Source of the DNA: an uncultured bacterium | GTDB lineage: Bacteria; Acidobacteriota; Blastocatellia; Pyrinomonadales; Pyrinomonadaceae | Direction of reading: 5' to 3' | Length of the DNA stretch: 41,750 nt | Assembly: GCA_965651435.1 (NCBI GenBank) | Contig: CBFGSN010000001.1 | Span: 1-41,750, forward strand | The notes under the pieces: generated by a model | Database searches by the model: none | Told to the model about the DNA's origin: nothing | Seen by the model: only the letters and a program-made list of their open reading frames with translations | Part shown: positions 33,311-39,863 of the stretch, in pieces | Position numbering within the stretch: the stretch's first letter is position 1 | Layout: each line of letters begins with the position of its first letter | Translations under genes and position numbers: made by a program

Positions 33311-34927
33311 ATGAACTTTAATACGCGAATCGACCTAATCAGCGGACCTCAAATTATCGTGTGCTGCTTTCTGATCCTTATGGCCGGTTCGTTCGAAGTC
33401 GCTGCCGCGCCAGTGGCGTTCCCAACACCTGAGCCAACTGTCAAGACGTTGAAGAAGCAGGCGGCTAAGTTTGTGAAACACGGACAGTATGACGATGCCG
33501 AAAATTCGCTTATTCGCGCACTTGAAAAAGATCCGCTCAATACGGAGACAAAACTTGACCTTGCGTTCGTACATCTAAAACAGCGCCGTTTGAACGATGC
33601 GTATAGCATCGCGTTTCCAATAGCCGAGGCCGATCCGAAGAATTCGTTCGCATTTGCGATCGTTGGTACGGTATTCCTTGCGGCGGGACAGTTCGATCAA
33701 GCGAGGCTGATCCTTAATACCGCGCTCACGCTCAATAAGCGCGAAGCACTTGCATGGGCCTCACTGGGCATGCTTGAGTTTTACGAGAATAAGGTCGACA
33801 AAAGCCTGGAATACCTGCGCGAAGCCGTGAGCCGTGACGGATCCGAACCTGATTATGTTTTCTCGCTCGGCCAGGTTGCCGCACGGGCGGAAAACTTTCG
33901 CGAAGCGGCTATTGCCTACCGGAAATTTTTGGCGATATCACCGGATGACGATGACGAGCGACGCGACAGGATCATCGGGTTGATAGAATTCCTCGACTAT
34001 ATTGGCGGAAAATCATCACTTTACAGCACCGACGGAAGTGATGAGACTTCGGTTCCGATAACCTTTATTAACCAGCGGCCGATAATAAAATTGAAGATCA
34101 ATGGACGCGATCAGCCGCTGAACTTCGTTCTGGATACCGGGTCGGGTATTTCAATTATCTCCGAAAGAACGGCCAAGGAATTGGGCATCGACCCTGTCAC
34201 GCATGGCGGGCTGGGCAAGGGATTGGGTGGTGACGGCAGCTTTGAGATCATTTTCGGGTTCGTCGATAAGATCGCGATCGGTGACGTGATCATAAACAAC
34301 ATTCCTATTTGCATCAGAAAGTTTCATTCCAGGTCTGATGCAGTCGACGGTTATATTGGGCTTTCCCTTATCTCGAAGTTTTTGACAACCATAGATTACG
34401 GTGCGGGGACACTGGTATTGAAAAAGCCGGTCCGCCGTGACGAGAAAGAGGAATCGCAGATACGACCGATCGATAATGATGAACTTGAGCTTCCGCTGCT
34501 GCTTACATCAAGCGGTTTTTTGAGCGGCAAGGTTGTCCTTGCCGAAAAAGCCGAACCACTTAACTTTATCGTCGATACCGGGGCTTCGATAACGGTTCTT
34601 TCGAAAGAGCTGATGACCGGAGCTTCCTTGCGGGAGATCGACCAGCAGGGAACCGTTCGTGTTGTCGGGGCGGCCGGTATTACGCACGGCGTTCCGTCCT
34701 ACACCGTGCCGTCGGTAAAGTTCGGTTCGAACGTCCAAACCGATGTCGATGTCGTCGCTCTTGATCTCGGCATTATTAATCAATCCGCAGGTTACGTCCA
34801 ATCCGGCATCCTGGGCGGAAACTTTCTCTCCAAATATAAGGTTACTTTCGATTTTCAGCGTTCGAAGGTAAAATTATCACCGATCATTAGCGAAGTGACT
34901 GTTGATCCGGCCCCATTGGTTCAATGA
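33311..34927 (+). CDS. Secreted TPR-repeat protein with two retropepsin-like aspartic protease domains
   Basis: N-terminal hydrophobic signal, about 200 aa of TPR-like repeats, then two DTG motifs: FVLDTGSGISIIS (DTGS at 34133..34144) and FIVDTGASITVLS (DTGA at 34574..34585). Each is followed by GILG-type flap/dimer segments. Confidence 0.75.
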   Translation: MNFNTRIDLISGPQIIVCCFLILMAGSFEVAAAPVAFPTPEPTVKTLKKQAAKFVKHGQYDDAENSLIRALEKDPLNTETKLDLAFVHLKQRRLNDAYSIAFPIAEADPKNSFAFAIVGTVFLAAGQFDQARLILNTALTLNKREALAWASLGMLEFYENKVDKSLEYLREAVSRDGSEPDYVFSLGQVAARAENFREAAIAYRKFLAISPDDDDERRDRIIGLIEFLDYIGGKSSLYSTDGSDETSVPITFINQRPIIKLKINGRDQPLNFVLDTGSGISIISERTAKELGIDPVTHGGLGKGLGGDGSFEIIFGFVDKIAIGDVIINNIPICIRKFHSRSDAVDGYIGLSLISKFLTTIDYGAGTLVLKKPVRRDEKEESQIRPIDNDELELPLLLTSSGFLSGKVVLAEKAEPLNFIVDTGASITVLSKELMTGASLREIDQQGTVRVVGAAGITHGVPSYTVPSVKFGSNVQTDVDVVALDLGIINQSAGYVQSGILGGNFLSKYKVTFDFQRSKVKLSPIISEVTVDPAPLVQ

Positions 34928-35382
34928 AATTAAGTTTATATCTGGAAACATCCGTCATCGGGGCGTACCTCGACAATGGAGACCCGCTGCGCCGTGACCT
35001 CACCATCCGCTGGTTCGAACACGAATTGGGTGAATATGACGCATATTCTTCCGTGCTTGTTCGCCGCGAGCTTGAACGCATTGCCGAACCGCACCGCAGC
35101 GGTTATCTTGGTTTGATCGAACCGCTAGCCACGCTTGAATTGAGCGAGGAAGTGACGATCCTTGCCGAAGGCTATATTTCGCGGGGAATCTTTCAACGAA
35201 AATTCATGGCGGACGCGATCCATGTGGCGCTCGCGTCGTATCACAAGATAGACTATCTGGTAACGTGGGATTTCGGTCATATCGCAAATGTGCGGCGACA
35301 GGCGCGTATTCGCCTATTCAACGCTGCGGCAGGATTTTTTTCGCCGACGATAATTACGCCGGAATTTTTAGTTCATAGTTAG
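34924..35382 (+). CDS. PIN-like domain protein (VapC-like toxin candidate)
   Basis: LYLETSVIG at the N-terminus, ADAIHVALAS and DYLVTWDFGHIAN match a PIN-like family I recall as YxDTSV...DALHIA...WNxKHI. The start overlaps the upstream stop in an ATGA. Confidence 0.5.
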   Translation: MKLSLYLETSVIGAYLDNGDPLRRDLTIRWFEHELGEYDAYSSVLVRRELERIAEPHRSGYLGLIEPLATLELSEEVTILAEGYISRGIFQRKFMADAIHVALASYHKIDYLVTWDFGHIANVRRQARIRLFNAAAGFFSPTIITPEFLVHS

Positions 35383-35384
35383 TT

Positions 35385-35588
35385 ATGTACCGACGCCCGA
35401 AGTTTTTGGAAGTTTTGATCGAGATACGTCAGGAAATGGCACGCGATGCCGATTATGACGTCGATCTTTTTGCCGAACAGGTGCGCCGCGGAACCTCACC
35501 CAAAAGCGGCATTACACGTTCGGTCGCCGTTGCGGAAAAGCCCGATGCCGCCACGCGGAAAAAGCCTTCGAAAAAAAAGCGTGCTTGA
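35385..35588 (+). CDS. Small ORF (67 aa) coupled to the PIN-like gene; possible cognate partner
   Basis: The ATG lies 2 nt after the PIN-like stop. The N-terminal half is helical-looking (FLEVLIEIRQEMARDADYDVDLFAEQVRRG) and the tail is Lys-rich. No family assigned. Confidence 0.4.
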   Translation: MYRRPKFLEVLIEIRQEMARDADYDVDLFAEQVRRGTSPKSGITRSVAVAEKPDAATRKKPSKKKRA

Positions 35589-35644
35589 AATAACCTGTCA
35601 GGATTGTTCTAATAATCAAACCCGGACGAAAACGCTGAAACACG

Positions 35645-36241
35645 ATGGTTCGATATATTTTATCCTGCACGCTAATAGTTCTGATCGTTGCGGCGGCAGG
35701 TGCATATTTTTTTTCGGATTATTGGGAACACCGGTTCGACGAACTGATCACGCGCCAATCGCGCATTTACCGTATAGACAGCAAACTCGTATGGAGTTTG
35801 ATCTTTGAGGAAACGTGGTTCAAATCCGGTTCGCTGGGTGATGCCGGCGAAGTAGGCCTGATGCAGATAACGCCGCTCGTCGCTCGGCAGTGGGCGAAAG
35901 AAACGGGTTTGAAAGAACTCGAAAAACAGACGGCCGAAGATGTCACAAAAGTTTTGCTCGATCCGGAACGGAACATACAGATCGGCTGCTGGTATTTTGA
36001 GAAACTTCGCGAAAATTACCGTGGGTTTCAGGCCGAAACCGCAATGACGCTGGCGGCTTACAACGCCGGCCCAAGCCGCGTAGGCGAATGGGCGGGCGAT
36101 GCGAACGCAGCGACGCTGACCGAAAGCGAATTCATCGAACGCATAAATATTCCGTCGACGCGTTCGTATGTTACCTCGATCCTCGAACGTTATAGAGAAG
36201 ATCCCGAAACAAAAGACGTCGTGTCCGAAGGCGCGAGATAA
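35645..36241 (+). CDS. Lytic transglycosylase (SLT domain), membrane-anchored
   Basis: N-terminal TM, catalytic-Glu region LIFEETWF, then GEVGLMQITP and AAYNAGPSRV. Confidence 0.82.
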   Translation: MVRYILSCTLIVLIVAAAGAYFFSDYWEHRFDELITRQSRIYRIDSKLVWSLIFEETWFKSGSLGDAGEVGLMQITPLVARQWAKETGLKELEKQTAEDVTKVLLDPERNIQIGCWYFEKLRENYRGFQAETAMTLAAYNAGPSRVGEWAGDANAATLTESEFIERINIPSTRSYVTSILERYREDPETKDVVSEGAR

Positions 36242-36243
36242 AT

Positions 36244-37575
36244 ATGATCCTCACGGCCGATCACATTCTTCCCATCGCCGGAAAGCCAATAGATCGCGGA
36301 GCCGTTCTGATAAACGACGGTGTGATCGAAGCGATCGGGCCGCGCTCAGGAATACTCGAAAAATTTGCGAACGACGATGTCATGGAACTTGGCCGCGCCG
36401 CCATCCTGCCGGGATTTGTGAATTGCCACAGCCACCTGGAGATAACGGCGCTTCGCGGATCGCTGGATGCCGTCGAGAACGATTTTCGGTCATGGCTGCT
36501 GAGGCTCAATTCGCTTCGGGCGGAGCTATCGGAGGACGAGGTCAAAACGTCGGCGCTTGCCGGAGCCGTCGAGGCGACTATTTCCGGTGTGACGTGCATG
36601 GGCGACATCGGGCGTTTCGGCAGGGCCGGATTCGAAGCGCTTAAACAGACCGGGCTTCGCGGCATTCTTTTTCAGGAAACGGAATTCTCGCCGGACGACC
36701 GGACGGCGGCGGACGATATTGCCGCGTTGACGGCGAAATTCTATGCACTCCGCCGCGATGAAACAGACCTCGTAACTGTCGGTATCTCGCCGCATTCGCC
36801 TTATACCGTAAGCCGTAAACTGTTCGAAAAGCTTACCGAATTTGCGGCCGGCGAAAGTGCCAAAATATCCATCCACGCCGCCGAATCAAACGCTGAGGAC
36901 GAACTGCTTCGTGATGCGAAAGGATTTTTCATCGATGTTTATGAAAAATTCGGACTCGACTGGACTTCGCCGCGGCTTTCGCCCATCGCATATCTCAGAT
37001 CGACCGGCATTCTCGGCGTTTCGCCGCTGCTCGTCCACTGCGTAGCGGTGAGTAATGACGACATCGCGATGATGGCGGATACGGGCTCGAAAGTCGCACA
37101 TTGTCCGCGGTCGAACGCGAAATTTGGCCACGGTTTCGCTCCGCTCGGTAAATTTACGGGTGCGGGAATAGCTGTCGGGCTGGGCACGGATTCGGTCGTG
37201 AGCAATAATGCGTGCGATATGATCGGCGAAGCAAGTTTTGCGGCATTTGCGGCTCGGAATCTCGGCAATTTTGTCACGGCGGCCGAAGCATTGGAAATGG
37301 CGACGCTCAGCGGTGCAAAAGCTCTCGGGCTTGAAAGTGAGATCGGCACTCTCGAAGTTGGAAAACGTGCTGATATTATCGCGGTATCACTTGACGGCAT
37401 TCATCAGCAGCCGGTGGCGGATGTGAATGCGGCCGTCGTTTTCTCATCGAACCGACAGGACGTAATTTTGACAATGGTTGATGGAAAGATCATCTGTCGC
37501 GATGGAAAATGCCTGACTGTCGACGAACCCGCGACAATGGTTAAATTGGCGAAGCTCTCACAAAAATTATTTTGA
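36244..37575 (+). CDS. Amidohydrolase family protein (TRZ/ATZ-type nucleoside or aminofutalosine/MTA deaminase-like)
   Basis: LPGFVNCHSHLE metal-binding HxH motif, IHAAES, LVHCV and GTDS. The substrate cannot be told from the sequence. Confidence 0.8.
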   Translation: MILTADHILPIAGKPIDRGAVLINDGVIEAIGPRSGILEKFANDDVMELGRAAILPGFVNCHSHLEITALRGSLDAVENDFRSWLLRLNSLRAELSEDEVKTSALAGAVEATISGVTCMGDIGRFGRAGFEALKQTGLRGILFQETEFSPDDRTAADDIAALTAKFYALRRDETDLVTVGISPHSPYTVSRKLFEKLTEFAAGESAKISIHAAESNAEDELLRDAKGFFIDVYEKFGLDWTSPRLSPIAYLRSTGILGVSPLLVHCVAVSNDDIAMMADTGSKVAHCPRSNAKFGHGFAPLGKFTGAGIAVGLGTDSVVSNNACDMIGEASFAAFAARNLGNFVTAAEALEMATLSGAKALGLESEIGTLEVGKRADIIAVSLDGIHQQPVADVNAAVVFSSNRQDVILTMVDGKIICRDGKCLTVDEPATMVKLAKLSQKLF

Positions 37576-38478
37576 CGCGGTATTTTCCGGTCCGGCTGCG
37601 GCTTTCAGATCGTGGATCAGTTCGTCGACCGTCCATCGGCTTCCGGAAAGCATATTCACGACTTTTCCATCAGGCGATATTACGGCCGTCACAAGCGTGT
37701 GGTCAAAACGCGATTGTTCGTTGTCGGTTTTGGTATATTCCAGACCGAAAAAATCCGCGATCTTGCGAATATCCTTGTCGGGTCCGACGGCCAGCGTCCA
37801 CACGGTAAAACCTTCGTCTGCGTCGCTGCCAAGATAGCCTATACCGTATTGCTTAAGTTTTTCGGGCGTGTCGTGTTCCGGGTCGAAAGAAATGCTCAAC
37901 AGCCGAACGTTTTCCTTCATCTCGGGATCTTCGAGTATGCGGCGCGCGGCATCGCTGAAATTACGCGACATTTTTATGCAAAACTCGGGAAGCGGGCATT
38001 GCCGATATATGAACGTAACGGCCGTTGCCTTGCCTTTGAGGTCGCTGAATTTTATCTTCTTGCCGTCCTGATCCGTCAGTGAAAAATCCGGCACCTGTTT
38101 GCCGATCTGCTCCGGTTCTTTCACCTCCGGCGTCGGTTCGCCCGGCATCGGAGCCGAAATTATCGCGATCTTTTCCAGCCAATACGAAGGCGTCGCGGTG
38201 TTATCTTCGACAAGCTCCGCCTGGATCTCGACGCCGGGTTTAAGCTCCTCGAATACATGGTCTTCCTTGATCGGAAAATCCATCGTCATCGCGTCCATAT
38301 AACCCGGAACCTCTTCGTGATCTATCGATGCGGTTTTCTTCGCCTTATCGACCGAAACAACACGTCCTTTCAGTTCGTGGCGTTTCACGTTCGCGGGATT
38401 TTTCGGTTCCTCTTTGGGCGGAGCCGAACATGACGAAAGTAAAAATGCGGCCAATATAAATAAGATCGTATATTTCAT
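37567..38478 (-). CDS. Lipoprotein fusing a CusF-like metal-binding domain to a SCO1/SenC thioredoxin-fold copper chaperone
   Basis: I prefer the start at 38478 (MKYTILFILAAFLLSSCS, a lipobox). LKGRVVSVDKAKKTASIDHEEVPGYMDAMTMDF is CusF-like. FIYRQCPLPEFC, FDPEHDTP and H-containing RFDHTL are SCO-like. The track start is 38610. Confidence 0.78.
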   Translation of the reverse strand: MKYTILFILAAFLLSSCSAPPKEEPKNPANVKRHELKGRVVSVDKAKKTASIDHEEVPGYMDAMTMDFPIKEDHVFEELKPGVEIQAELVEDNTATPSYWLEKIAIISAPMPGEPTPEVKEPEQIGKQVPDFSLTDQDGKKIKFSDLKGKATAVTFIYRQCPLPEFCIKMSRNFSDAARRILEDPEMKENVRLLSISFDPEHDTPEKLKQYGIGYLGSDADEGFTVWTLAVGPDKDIRKIADFFGLEYTKTDNEQSRFDHTLVTAVISPDGKVVNMLSGSRWTVDELIHDLKAAAGPENTASK

Positions 38479-38619
38479 TGCTCTAAAACGCGGATCCTGA
38501 TCAAAGATATATTGTCGGAATTTTCGGCGGTTAAAGCAAACTGGGCACGAAAGCTGAGGCGGAGGTTGGCAGTAAGTTAAATTTTTAGCTAAAGGCGAGC
38601 CGGTATACATCGAAACATA

Positions 38620-38892
38620 TCAAAAATCTTTTTCAGGGTCGTCGTCCGGTTTCCAGCCCCATCGCCATTTTGCCGCCGGGCCGTGCGTAAGATTTGCCCA
38701 TATCAAGATCCCGCCGCCAAGCACCCAACATACGACGGCGGCCGCGGTATTCGAGCCTTTCATCAAAGATGAACCAAGAAACAAAAGGACCAGGAATGCG
38801 GCCACGACCAACCATCCTTCGATAGTTGCAGGAACCCAGCCCCAGCCGTAACGTTTGCGTTTGAACCAATACTCTTTCGGGCGTTCACTCAT
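38620..38892 (-). CDS. Small membrane protein (90 aa)
   Basis: Only the C-terminal 90 aa of track ORF 38620..39393 look real: MSERPKEYWFKRKRYGWGWVPATIEGWLVVAAFLVLLFLG...VVCWVLGGGILIWANL. The rest is antisense to the DUF4388 gene. Confidence 0.6.
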   Translation of the reverse strand: MSERPKEYWFKRKRYGWGWVPATIEGWLVVAAFLVLLFLGSSLMKGSNTAAAVVCWVLGGGILIWANLTHGPAAKWRWGWKPDDDPEKDF

Positions 38893-39003
38893 ATGTAAAA
38901 TTTTATCACATCGGGCGCGAAACGGCCCAAAAGAAAAATAGTGACTCCGGAAGGTAAAATATGATAGTTTAAACAGGTTGAACATTTCCGTTCTACTTGC
39001 CTT

Positions 39004-39777
39004 ATGGAACAGAAAACAAAGATCCCCGCCGTCCCAAACACAGAAGTTTCGATCGAATCGGTTTTGCTTGATGCAGATCTGTTCGTTAAATACAGTTCTC
39101 CTGAAAAAGCCTTTTCGCTCCTCCGCGAATCCATCGAACGGAGTCCGCGTTCGATATCGCTGCGCGAAAAGATGCGTGATATCTGCATCAAGCAAAAGAA
39201 TCTGGACGAAGCCGCCCGACAGTGCCTTGCGCTGGTGAGCCTTTACATCGCACGCGAAGAATTTAATCACGCCTACGACCGGCTGCAGGAAGCCAAACTC
39301 CTCGACCCGCGAATTTCGGTCGCACCGGGACTCGAAGCCATTCGACGTGCGCGCCGGCCCGAATTCGGCGAGAACCGCGACAGCACGCCGCAAAAGGTCC
39401 GAACGGATGTAACATTCGCCGGAAACCTAGCGTATGTGAGCATTTTTGATGCGGTTCAGGTGATCGAGAGCGCCAAAATGACCGGGCTTTTGGTCATAAA
39501 ATCGGATCTTCATCTAGGCAATATCTCTTTTAACGAAGGCAAGATAGCCGATTCGGAATGCAACGGCCGAAATGGTCACGCGGCTTTTCGCGACATCGTC
39601 GAAATAAGCAGCGGGACATTTGAATTTTCCACATCGGCGAACGAATTTCCGGTCGTGCTGAACGTCACATCGAACACCAACTTTCTTCTGGACATTCTTA
39701 CGGAGCTCGACAATGAACGCGCCGAGCAGCAGGGACTTCGCAACGTCAGCCAGGAACTGGTCGCCAGCGAATGGTAG
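39004..39777 (+). CDS. TPR-like N-terminal region plus DUF4388 (PATAN-like) domain protein
   Basis: C-terminal GNLAYVSIFDAVQVIESAKMTGLLVIKSDLHLGNISFNEGKIADSECNGRNGHAAFRDIVEISSGTFEF matches the DUF4388 pattern. Confidence 0.65.
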   Translation: MEQKTKIPAVPNTEVSIESVLLDADLFVKYSSPEKAFSLLRESIERSPRSISLREKMRDICIKQKNLDEAARQCLALVSLYIAREEFNHAYDRLQEAKLLDPRISVAPGLEAIRRARRPEFGENRDSTPQKVRTDVTFAGNLAYVSIFDAVQVIESAKMTGLLVIKSDLHLGNISFNEGKIADSECNGRNGHAAFRDIVEISSGTFEFSTSANEFPVVLNVTSNTNFLLDILTELDNERAEQQGLRNVSQELVASEW

Positions 39778-39827
39778 CGCCAGATCCTCGCGCGAAAAGG
39801 TTGACTAATTTCCGATAATACCCCAAA

Positions 39828-39860
39828 ATATAGTGCTGTCTCCGTTCCACAGCACTATAT
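39828..39860. promoter_or_regulatory. Perfect 12-bp inverted repeat ATATAGTGCTGT-N9-ACAGCACTATAT ending 3 nt before the smc ATG
   Basis: The arms are 39828..39839 and 39849..39860. Confidence 0.8.
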
Positions 39861-39863
39861 AGA

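Noticed and set aside
38893-39393. N-terminal 167 aa of track ORF 38620..39393
   Set aside because: This part is antisense to the DUF4388 gene and looks like noise. Only the C-terminal 90 aa, from ATG 38892, form a plausible small membrane protein.
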